From contig JAHFGL010000002.1 in assembly GCA_023247445.1 (NCBI GenBank), forward strand, positions 553 to 64,552: DNA of 64,000 bases. The letters are read 5' to 3'. The DNA comes from Candidatus Omnitrophota bacterium (lineage in GTDB: Bacteria; Omnitrophota; Gorgyraeia; Zapsychrales; Zapsychraceae). Both the position numbers and the translations under genes were made by a program. This document shows positions 25,257-33,458 of the stretch, one piece after another. Under the pieces are notes generated by a model. It ran no database searches and had not been told where the DNA came from. It was given only the letters and a program-made list of their open reading frames with translations. Within the stretch, counting starts at the first letter, position 1. Each line of letters opens with the position of its first letter.

Positions 25257-25457
25257 ATGATAAAGATTAAAGAAAAGTATGTGAAAGATTCTAAAGGGCA
25301 TCCGATCAGTGTTGTTCTTGATATTAAACAATATCGAAAACTTTTAAAACAAGCTGAAGAATTAGAAGCGATTCGTGCGTATGACGTGGCTAAAGCTTCC
25401 GGGGATGAAGTGATCCCTTTTGATCAAGCGATTAAAGAAATCCAACGAGAACGTTGA
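25257..25457 (+). CDS. type II antitoxin (Phd/YefM-like)
   Basis: 66 aa, RBS GGGAGGAG, overlaps the downstream toxin gene (ATGA). Confidence 0.65.
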   Translation: MIKIKEKYVKDSKGHPISVVLDIKQYRKLLKQAEELEAIRAYDVAKASGDEVIPFDQAIKEIQRER

Positions 25458-25708
25458 TGAGCTACAGTGTCTCGATTCTCCGTGGGGCTCAAAAAGAACT
25501 AGCCAAGCTTCCTCAAAATATTTTTGAAAGAATTTGTGTTGAAATTCGACACCTTGCCCAAAATCCTCGACCAATAGGTTGTAAGAAATTAATTGCCAGA
25601 GAAGGTTGGCGGATTCGTATTGGAACATACCGCGTCATTTATGAGATTCATGATAAAAATAAAACAGTCCTTATTTTGCATATAGGTCACAGGCGTGATG
25701 TTTATTAA
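25454..25708 (+). CDS. relE: RelE/ParE-family toxin
   Basis: 84 aa ending ...WRIRIGTYRVIYEIHDKNKTVLILHIGHRRDVY, a typical RelE C-terminus. Confidence 0.8.
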   Translation: MMSYSVSILRGAQKELAKLPQNIFERICVEIRHLAQNPRPIGCKKLIAREGWRIRIGTYRVIYEIHDKNKTVLILHIGHRRDVY

Positions 25709-25714
25709 AATACT

Positions 25715-26647
25715 ATGAAAATTATATTTTTTGGTAGTGATGATTTCGCGAAAGCACATTTGGAATACCTTTTTAAGTCGGAACATGAGATTGTCGCTTG
25801 CGTGACTCAGCCAGATAAACCCAAGGGGCGAGGGCTTGCCGTTGTTAGTTCCCCAATTAAGGAATGGGCTGCCCAGCATAAAATTCCTGTCCTGCAGCCG
25901 GAGCAAATTAAAAATAACGACTTAATCGTAAAACTCAGAGCCTTTAATCCAGATTTGTTTGTGGTCATTGCCTACGGAAAAATTTTGCCACCGGAGCTTT
26001 TGCAAATTCCTTATGTCTGCGCGATGAATGTGCATGGATCGCTTTTGCCAAAACTGCGCGGGGCTGCGCCGATTAACTGGGCCATTATTAATGGAGAAAA
26101 AGAAACTGGGCTTTCGATTATTAAGATGAGTCCATTGATGGACAGCGGAGATATTTTTGCTCAAACGAAAATCAAGATTGAAGAGGTCGATACCGCGGTG
26201 ACGTTACGCGCTAAGATGGTCGCGCTTGGACCAGAACTTCTTTTAAAGACAATTAATTCTCTGGAAAATAATAATTACACGCTCACTGTTCAAGATTCTA
26301 GGGCGGTGACACTCGCTTCAAAATTAACGAAGGAACTAGGCCGCATCGACTGGAACAAAAAAGCTATCGAGATTCATAATCTGGTGCGCGGACTTCTTCC
26401 TTGGCCGTGCGCCCACACGTTATTTAAGGGAAAGTTATTGAAAATCATTTCGACTGAAGTTATTATGCAAGATGTTTCTACGCGTAAGCCCGGCGTGATT
26501 GTCGATATTAATCAAAAGGGTTTACTCGTCGCCACAGCGCAAAATTGTCTTTTAATTAAAGAAGTTCATTTGGAATCTTCCAAACCAATGGGTGCTAAAA
26601 TTTTTTTGTTGGGGCATCGGATTGACGTTGGTTTTAAATTTGAATGA
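25715..26647 (+). CDS. fmt: methionyl-tRNA formyltransferase
   Basis: MKIIFFGSDDFA...N-terminal formyltransferase domain with HGSLLPKLRGAAPINWAIING (SLLP motif). Confidence 0.9.
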   Translation: MKIIFFGSDDFAKAHLEYLFKSEHEIVACVTQPDKPKGRGLAVVSSPIKEWAAQHKIPVLQPEQIKNNDLIVKLRAFNPDLFVVIAYGKILPPELLQIPYVCAMNVHGSLLPKLRGAAPINWAIINGEKETGLSIIKMSPLMDSGDIFAQTKIKIEEVDTAVTLRAKMVALGPELLLKTINSLENNNYTLTVQDSRAVTLASKLTKELGRIDWNKKAIEIHNLVRGLLPWPCAHTLFKGKLLKIISTEVIMQDVSTRKPGVIVDINQKGLLVATAQNCLLIKEVHLESSKPMGAKIFLLGHRIDVGFKFE

Positions 26648-26748
26648 TTAATTGTTGATTGGGTTTCTTGAGTTGATAGGGTTATTGTGTTGTCACAACG
26701 AAATAATTTTATCAGCTCATTCAACTCAATAGACTCAAAGAACTCAAA

Positions 26749-27765
26749 ATGCCAGAATTACGTAAAGATCCGGTTGTTGGACGTTGGGTGATTATTGCAA
26801 CCGAACGTGCCCGTCGGCCAGGAAATTTTGTCGACACGACCTACATTCGTCCTCAGGGCGGCGCAAAAGATTGTCAGTTTTGCCATCCATCCGAAAAAAT
26901 TATTTACTCAGCCAAGAAATCTGCGAGTTCATCTAACTGGGATGTTTGCGTCACAGATTTTAAAGAATCCTTTTTAAACATGAATGAGCCAATTGCGCAC
27001 AAACGCCATGGTCTTTATGAAGTCGTTAATGGAGTTGGAACACATGAGGTTGTGATCGAGACCAGCACCCACGTTGCAAACATGGCTGATTTAGGTTTGG
27101 AACAGATCCGTCTTATCTTTGAAACCTATGCTGGGCGGATTACGGAGTTAGAAAAAAATCCGCAGCTGCAATATGTTCTTCCCTATAAAAATTATAGTCA
27201 AATGGCGGGTAGTCGCATGATCGGCCACACACGTTCGCATATTATTGCGACCCCGGTTAATCCTGTTCGCGTTAATGAAAAGTTGACGGGCGCCAAAGAA
27301 TATTTTGATACCAAAAAGCGCTGCATTTATTGTGATCTCATCAAACAAGATTTGGAGGAAAAGTCCCGCATTGTCGTTGAAACCGAACATTTCTTAGCGG
27401 TAATTCCTTTTGCCGCTCGATTTCTCTTTGAAACATGGATTTTACCGAAGAAACATCACTGCGATTATGCCAGTGGTGTTAAAGGTGTTGAAGGCGATTT
27501 GGCGCTTATGATGAAAACGTTATTGACCAAATTTAAAGTTGGACTTGATGATCCCGCGTATAACTATGTCATTCACACCGCACCGTTTCGTCGAATGCAG
27601 TTAAATACGAATCGTTGGGCAACGATCGAACAGGATTTTCATTGGCATATGGAGCTCATGCCACAGTTGACCTTAATGGCCGGATTTGAAAAGGGAACTG
27701 GGTTTTATATTTGTGCCGTGCCGCCGGAGCAGATGGCGGAATATTTGAGAGAAATAATAATTTAA
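26749..27765 (+). CDS. GalT-like HIT-family nucleotidyltransferase, paralog 1. The active-site stretch reads HTRSH instead of HxHxQ
   Basis: Zn motif CQFCHPSEK and N-terminal RKDPVVGRWVIIA; the position of the catalytic HxHxQ reads GHTRSHIIATP. Confidence 0.7.
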   Translation: MPELRKDPVVGRWVIIATERARRPGNFVDTTYIRPQGGAKDCQFCHPSEKIIYSAKKSASSSNWDVCVTDFKESFLNMNEPIAHKRHGLYEVVNGVGTHEVVIETSTHVANMADLGLEQIRLIFETYAGRITELEKNPQLQYVLPYKNYSQMAGSRMIGHTRSHIIATPVNPVRVNEKLTGAKEYFDTKKRCIYCDLIKQDLEEKSRIVVETEHFLAVIPFAARFLFETWILPKKHHCDYASGVKGVEGDLALMMKTLLTKFKVGLDDPAYNYVIHTAPFRRMQLNTNRWATIEQDFHWHMELMPQLTLMAGFEKGTGFYICAVPPEQMAEYLREIII

Positions 27766-27910
27766 ATACCAATAAACAAATTCCAAATACCAAACAATAT
27801 ACAAACTTCAATTAACAAATTACAAAAATTTTTTTATGTTTGGAAATTGTGATTTGTTTGTAATTTGGTGCTTAGAATTTGGGATTTTATTTTAGAAAAG
27901 GAAATTATAA
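27766..27910 (+). repeat. bipartite intergenic element: a 72-nt G-free half (AAATTCCAAATACCAAACAATATACAAA...) followed by a C-poor half (GTTTGGAAATTG...TGTAATTTGG...TTTGGGATTTT)
   Basis: Read directly. Homologous to 59020-59197, with a ~90% identical 28-mer and the shared 3' end GTAATTTGG..TTTGGGATTTT. Confidence 0.6.
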
Positions 27911-28915
27911 GTGACCGAATTCAGACGTGATCCTATCGTAGGCCAGTGGACGCTCGTTCACACGAGTAATCCCTTGGGCCCCAAAGATTTTCAAAAAGAA
28001 GAACGATTTGTGCGCGCGCCGGATCTTTGCCAATTTTGTCCGGGCAAAGAACGGATGACACCGTCAGAGGTGGACAGCGTACGTTTAAATGGATCGTTAC
28101 CGAATGCCTTTGGCTGGCAGGTTCGCGTTGTGCCCAATAAATTTCCAGCGCTTAAGATCGAAGGAAATTTGGATGCGCGTCACAGTGGTCTACTAGAATT
28201 ATCCAACGGCATCGGCGCCCACGAGGTTTTGATCGAAACACCAGATCACCACAAACATCTGGCGGATCTTTCCGTCGAAGAAGTTGGGCACGTTATAAAG
28301 AAATATCACAGTCGTTTAGTTGATTTGGCCGGCGATAAGCGCTTTAAATACATTATTATTTTTAAGAATTTTGGCGAGTCAGCGGGCGCTACCGTTGAGC
28401 ACGCGCACAGCCAGATCATTGCGCTTCCCATGGTTCCCAAATATGTTTTGGAAGAACTTGAAGGCGCTCAGCAATATTTCAATGAATGCAAATGCTGCGT
28501 CTTCTGCGACATGATCGAACAGGAATACAAAGACAAAGAACGAATCGTCACTGAGAATGAAGATTTCTTGGTGTTCACTCCGTTTGTACCGCGATACCCT
28601 TTTGAATGTTGGATCATTCCTAAAAAACACACCAGCGAATTTGCCACGATTTCAGAGAGCAGCCAACATCACTTGGCCGCGATTTTGAAAGAAACGCTGC
28701 TACGATTAAAAATTTGTTTATCGAACCCGTCGTACAATTATTATCTGCACATTGCACCCGTTAATTATGAAAAACAAGAAAGTTTTCATTGGCATATTGA
28801 AATCGTGCCGAAGCTCACCAATGTTACCGGTTTTGAATGGGGAACCGGATTTTTTGTCGTTAAAACTCCGCCGCACGTCGCCGCCAAACATCTACGAGAA
28901 GTTTCGCTTTCATAA
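27911..28915 (+). CDS. galT: GalT-like HIT-family nucleotidyltransferase (galactose-1-phosphate uridylyltransferase-like), paralog 2, with canonical HxHxQ
   Basis: CQFCPGKER zinc motif and ATVEHAHSQIIALP (HxHxQ); GTG start. Confidence 0.75.
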   Translation: MTEFRRDPIVGQWTLVHTSNPLGPKDFQKEERFVRAPDLCQFCPGKERMTPSEVDSVRLNGSLPNAFGWQVRVVPNKFPALKIEGNLDARHSGLLELSNGIGAHEVLIETPDHHKHLADLSVEEVGHVIKKYHSRLVDLAGDKRFKYIIIFKNFGESAGATVEHAHSQIIALPMVPKYVLEELEGAQQYFNECKCCVFCDMIEQEYKDKERIVTENEDFLVFTPFVPRYPFECWIIPKKHTSEFATISESSQHHLAAILKETLLRLKICLSNPSYNYYLHIAPVNYEKQESFHWHIEIVPKLTNVTGFEWGTGFFVVKTPPHVAAKHLREVSLS

Positions 28916-29033
28916 TTTCCTAAGTCTTGGTTGTTCCTGAAATTTTTTGTTGCCTTCATTTATTTGAGAAGTTATTATTAAAAATAAATAATTCCTTTCT
29001 TGATCCCCCAAAAAATTAAAAGGGGGATTTTTT

Positions 29034-29552
29034 ATGCGCAGGGTAATTACTAATGAAGGCATTGCCGATCGGATATTTATTATTCGTGGGCAAAGGGTTA
29101 TGGTTGATCGAGATTTAGCAGCGCTCTACGGTGTTTCCACAAAAAGATTGAATGAGCAGGTTAAACGAAACCCCAAACGGTTTCCAGAAGATTTTATGTT
29201 TCAATTAGGTAAAAGTGAGGCGAGTGAACTGGTCGCAAATTGCGACCGGTTCACGAGTTTAAAACACTCTTCAGTTGCCCCATATGTTTTTAGTGAACAA
29301 GGTGTAGCGATGCTATCGAGTGTTTTAAACAGTGAGCGAGCTGTTGTGGTAAATGTGCAAATCATGAGGGCATTTGTTAAGTTGCGCGAATGTATGGTTT
29401 CGCACAAAGATTTACAATATAAGATTGAGACTTTGGAAAGAAAGTTTAAAGATCATGATAATAATTTCAAAGTTGTTTTCGAAGCTATTCGGCAGCTCAT
29501 GGCGCCGCCACCAGAGAAACCAAAAACACCAATTGGATTTCATGTGAAGTGA
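29034..29552 (+). CDS. ORF6N (KilA-N-like) domain DNA-binding protein
   Basis: IRGQRVMVDRDLAALYGVSTKRLNEQVKRNPKRFPEDFMFQL. The start codon abuts a hairpin-U6 (GATCCCCC...GGGGGATTTTTT) that contains the only purine-rich RBS-like stretch. Confidence 0.7.
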   Translation: MRRVITNEGIADRIFIIRGQRVMVDRDLAALYGVSTKRLNEQVKRNPKRFPEDFMFQLGKSEASELVANCDRFTSLKHSSVAPYVFSEQGVAMLSSVLNSERAVVVNVQIMRAFVKLRECMVSHKDLQYKIETLERKFKDHDNNFKVVFEAIRQLMAPPPEKPKTPIGFHVK

Positions 29553-29707
29553 TAAAATTGACAACCACAACCAATTACGTTATAAACAGAAAGCACAGAC
29601 ATTTTTTAATACATAATCGTTTACAGCCTTATGAAATTTCCACTACGATTCTCGGTGGCCACCGAGAATTGGCACTTCAAAGGTTTCTGGCAAGGAGATA
29701 GTCGCAA

Positions 29708-30202
29708 ATGAAAGTTAAAGGGAAGAGAATTGTTTATCAACTAGAAACGCGGCGGATGCCGGACGGCCGAACGACGACGCTTGATGTGATTTATCATCCC
29801 GGGGCAGTTTTGATTGTTCCGTTTTTAAATGCGAATCAGCTTGTCTTTATCCGTCAATACCGCGCAATTTTGAAAGAATATTTATATGAACTTCCCGCCG
29901 GCACGCTTAACCCCAAAGAAAATCTTCTGTCCTGCGCCAAACGCGAATTAGCGGAAGAGATTGGCTACGGCGCAAAGAGCTGGAAGAAGCTAGGGAAAAT
30001 TTATCCTGTTCCCGGATATTCCACAGAAGTCATCCATATTTTCAAAGCACAAAAACTTTTTCCACAAAAGGCCAAGATGGATGACGATGAAATGATTGAG
30101 CCAATTGTTTTAACACGTCGGCAAGCGCAGGAGTATTTTAAGAGGGGAAAAATTGAAGACGGCAAGACGATCTGCGGTTTGGCCTTGGCCGGCTGGCTTT
30201 AA
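29708..30202 (+). CDS. NUDIX hydrolase (ADP-ribose pyrophosphatase-like)
   Basis: Nudix box LSCAKRELAEEIGYGA. Confidence 0.8.
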   Translation: MKVKGKRIVYQLETRRMPDGRTTTLDVIYHPGAVLIVPFLNANQLVFIRQYRAILKEYLYELPAGTLNPKENLLSCAKRELAEEIGYGAKSWKKLGKIYPVPGYSTEVIHIFKAQKLFPQKAKMDDDEMIEPIVLTRRQAQEYFKRGKIEDGKTICGLALAGWL

Positions 30203-30225
30203 GGAAAATTTAAAAGGGAGAAACG

Positions 30226-30468
30226 ATGTCAAAGCTAAATGAAATCATCGAGTGGCAGGAATTCGGCAGCGAGTTTAGAATATATGTGAAGCATTATCGC
30301 GGGCCAGATGATAAACTAAATATCCAAATTGTTTTTGAAGACGCGACGCACGAAAAAGTAACGGAGATCAACATCCCATCGAAGAAAGTTGTCGCCTTTC
30401 TTAAAGCGGTTAATGGAGATCTTCTCTCGAAGAAATATGAAATAAATTTAACTCAAGTAGGAGATTAA
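30226..30468 (+). CDS. hypothetical 80-aa protein
   Basis: RBS AAAGGGAGAAA; no recognised domain. Confidence 0.45.
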   Translation: MSKLNEIIEWQEFGSEFRIYVKHYRGPDDKLNIQIVFEDATHEKVTEINIPSKKVVAFLKAVNGDLLSKKYEINLTQVGD

Positions 30469-30489
30469 CATAATTACGAAAGAGGAAGT

Positions 30490-30870
30490 ATGCAAAATCC
30501 ACTACAGGTTACATTCCATGACATGCCGCACAACGAAGAAATCGAGATTATCATTGCAGAAAAGTTTGAGAAGCTAAAGATTGTCAGTCCTGACATTATC
30601 AAATGTCATGTGGTTGTTGAAAAGCTCAGCAAACATCATCAAAAAGCGAACATGGCCTGTGCGCGGCTGGATTTAAAGGTCTCGCATTTTGATGACATTG
30701 TGATTAACGAACGATGTGCTGATGACGAAGCCGCACTAAAGACGGCAGTACTTAAAATTTTTAAACGCGGGCAGGTTTTGGTGCGCGAGGGATTAAAACG
30801 TCGTCAGCATAATAAACGAATCCCCTTGCCGGATAATTTCCAAACGGAAACAGTTGAGGTTGAAGAATAA
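30490..30870 (+). CDS. hpf: ribosome hibernation promoting factor / RaiA (S30EA family)
   Basis: MQNPLQVTFHDMPHNEEIEIIIAEKFEKL... and HVVVEK...A.A.L.V..SH fit the HPF short-form fold; RBS AAGAGGAAG. Confidence 0.7.
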   Translation: MQNPLQVTFHDMPHNEEIEIIIAEKFEKLKIVSPDIIKCHVVVEKLSKHHQKANMACARLDLKVSHFDDIVINERCADDEAALKTAVLKIFKRGQVLVREGLKRRQHNKRIPLPDNFQTETVEVEE

Positions 30871-30908
30871 TAAATAGTTAAAGATAAATTTAACCAAGGG
30901 AGGCGGAT

Positions 30909-31319
30909 ATGTGCATCAACAAAAATCATCCTGAGCAAGCTTGGATTTCTTTAATCTTGCGATTAGCGATGGCAACACTTTTTGCGGTGGCTTCCATTAG
31001 TAAATTTGTCGGTGGAATTAGTACAACAGTTCATGGTTTTCAGGAAATGTTTAAAGCTACGTGGCTGCCGCTATTTTTAGTCACGCCTTATGCGTATGCC
31101 ATTGCCTTTATTGAGGCGCTTATTGTCATTTTACTTGTGACTGGGATTAAATTGCGCGAGGCGTGGATTTTGACGGCGCTGACGTTAGTTAGTTTGGCCT
31201 TTGGCATGATGGTCGCGGGGCAAGGACAAACGGCAGCGGGTATTTATACGTATCTCGTTATTACTTGCTTTGGGCTTTATGTAAGCCGACATGATGAATG
31301 CGTGTTGGGTAAGAAATAA
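30909..31319 (+). CDS. DoxX-family membrane protein
   Basis: 136 aa with 4 TMs, the usual DoxX size and topology. Confidence 0.6.
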   Translation: MCINKNHPEQAWISLILRLAMATLFAVASISKFVGGISTTVHGFQEMFKATWLPLFLVTPYAYAIAFIEALIVILLVTGIKLREAWILTALTLVSLAFGMMVAGQGQTAAGIYTYLVITCFGLYVSRHDECVLGKK

Positions 31320-31335
31320 ATAGGAACACGTATTA

Positions 31336-33108
31336 ATGGATTTTAAAAAGCCGAGTATTCTTTTTTTTATTTTTATACTGCTGTTGGGAGTTTTTCCTCA
31401 CCGATCTTTCAGTTCGAATGACACGAGTACCTTCCTTAATAATACTGTTTCTAATTTTGCGCTTCTTGATCATGAGGGGAAATTTCATGAGCTGTATTAC
31501 TACAGCGATAAAAAAGCGATTGTTTTATTTGTCCAAGGAAACAATTGTCCGATTGTTAGAAAAAGTATTCCTTATTTAAAAGAATTGCAGGAAAAATACG
31601 CACCGCAAGATGTTGTTTTCTTAATGATTAATTCCAATCCTTCGGAGAATCGCGATTTGATTAAAGAAGAGATCCGCGCCTTTTCCATCAACATGCCGAT
31701 TTTTGAAGACAAGTCGCAAACGGTGGCAAAGGCTCTTGGGTTAACTAGAACCGCTGAGGCGATTCTCATTAATCCATCGACCTGGCAGATTATTTATCGC
31801 GGCGCGCTTAATGACATTAAAAATTATTATTTGCAGGATGCTATTGATGCCGTGCTGGCGCGAAAGCCTGTAGCTGTATCTTCGAGTGCGGTCAAAGGAT
31901 GTTTACTGAGTTGGGAAGATCGAGGGCGTTTGTATGAATATAAAAAAGATGTCGCACCTATTTTAATTCAAAAATGTTTTGTTTGTCACTCGCCGGGTGG
32001 CGTTGCCCCGTGGAGCATGAATAGTTACGAAAAAATAATGAAGTGGGCGCCGATGATCCGCGAGGTCATTCAAACAAAACGCATGCCGCCCTGGCATGCC
32101 GATCCTTATTACGGCCAATTTGAAAAGGATCTTTTCTTAACGCCGCAAGAAGTTCGAACCTTGATTAACTGGATCGATCAGGGTCTTAAAAAAACAAATG
32201 GAGTTGATCCTTTAGTCACGGCCACGGCCTCGATTAAAGATCGTCAGTGGCCTTTAGGCCAACCGGATTTAGTTTTGACAGTTCCCCAGCAAGAAATTTC
32301 AGCATCAGGGCCTGATGAATTTCGTTTCATTAAAAGTGATCATCCCATCGATAAAGATGTTTGGATACGCGCCATTGATTTTCGTTCGGGCAACGCGGCG
32401 GTTATCCATCACGCGAATGTGCTTGTCGCTTCACCCAAAGATAAGGATGACGCTGATCAAGAAACAGAATGGTATAAGAACTCCGGTGCTGGGATGGATG
32501 AAGGTCAGATGATTATGGGGTATTCGCCCGGACATCGCCCATATGTTTTGCCGACGAATACGGGCCTCTTTATTCCCAAAGGTTCTTTGTTCGAGTTTCG
32601 TATTCATTATATAAAAACCGGCAAGCCAGAGACTGATCAAACACAATTAGGTTTATATTTTCATAAAAAGAAACCGGCTTATATTCATTCGGTTGATATT
32701 ATTTCAAATCGCGATATTAAAATTCCTCCTGGAGCAAAAGATTATAAGCTGACGGCCTCAAAGACTTTTCCAAAGGCCATTATGCTAACCGCAATTCAGC
32801 CGCATGTGCATTATCGCGGCAAAAGCATGAGCTTTACGCTGCGTTATCCCAATGGGAAACAGGAAGTCATTCTTTCTGTGCCGCATTACAAGTTTGGATG
32901 GCAAAGACAATATATTTTAAAACATCCCAAATTTTTGCCAGCAGGGACGGCGATTGTTGTCGATGGCGCATATGATAATTCTGCTCAAAATTACGCCAAT
33001 CCTGATCCTTCGCAGGAAGTGTCTTACGGCCCCACGAGTGATCATGAAATGTTTACCGGGGTTATTTCTTATTTCATGCCTGATCATAGTGAATATGAGC
33101 ATAAATAA
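31336..33108 (+). CDS. secreted fusion protein: redoxin (AhpC/TSA-like) domain + c-type cytochrome (CFVCHS) + copper type-II monooxygenase-like His-rich domain
   Basis: Signal peptide; QGNNCPIVRKS thioredoxin-fold region; CxxCH at CFVCHSPGG; His clusters VIHHANV, HVHYRGKSM and HEMFTG. Confidence 0.55.
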   Translation: MDFKKPSILFFIFILLLGVFPHRSFSSNDTSTFLNNTVSNFALLDHEGKFHELYYYSDKKAIVLFVQGNNCPIVRKSIPYLKELQEKYAPQDVVFLMINSNPSENRDLIKEEIRAFSINMPIFEDKSQTVAKALGLTRTAEAILINPSTWQIIYRGALNDIKNYYLQDAIDAVLARKPVAVSSSAVKGCLLSWEDRGRLYEYKKDVAPILIQKCFVCHSPGGVAPWSMNSYEKIMKWAPMIREVIQTKRMPPWHADPYYGQFEKDLFLTPQEVRTLINWIDQGLKKTNGVDPLVTATASIKDRQWPLGQPDLVLTVPQQEISASGPDEFRFIKSDHPIDKDVWIRAIDFRSGNAAVIHHANVLVASPKDKDDADQETEWYKNSGAGMDEGQMIMGYSPGHRPYVLPTNTGLFIPKGSLFEFRIHYIKTGKPETDQTQLGLYFHKKKPAYIHSVDIISNRDIKIPPGAKDYKLTASKTFPKAIMLTAIQPHVHYRGKSMSFTLRYPNGKQEVILSVPHYKFGWQRQYILKHPKFLPAGTAIVVDGAYDNSAQNYANPDPSQEVSYGPTSDHEMFTGVISYFMPDHSEYEHK

Positions 33109-33196
33109 TAGAAGAGGGTTTTAGAGCCTTTTTAAGAAAGGGTTTTCACGAAGGTTGATTTACACCCTTGTAAAAAGCTTAATGTAGTGTAATCTT

Positions 33197-33440
33197 TTAT
33201 TAGAAATATTTATCGATCTTTTAATAATTATTTTTGACGAAAAGGCAAATTGTCAGTAATGACAAGACGCAAAACCAAAGGGTCCTTTTAAAGAGGATAG
33301 CCTAGTTACCGAATCAAGATATGAAAAGTTTAGAATACAATATAAACCTATTTTTTAATTATATGAGCTGAGCTTATATTTTTAAGGAGTAGGTTTTTTT
33401 ATTGGCAGGAGGGGCTAATTAGAATCAAAGCATTAAAAAA
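33197..33440 (+). promoter_or_regulatory. conserved 5'-leader element, copy B (rearranged/divergent): CTTAATGTAGTGT, GACGAAAAGGCAAA, GATAGCCTAGTTACCGAATC, then a U-tract hairpin before the RBS
   Basis: Shares the boxes of copies A and C; lies upstream of the NHL giant gene. Confidence 0.5.
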
Positions 33441-33458
33441 GTGTTTAAGGTGGGGAAA

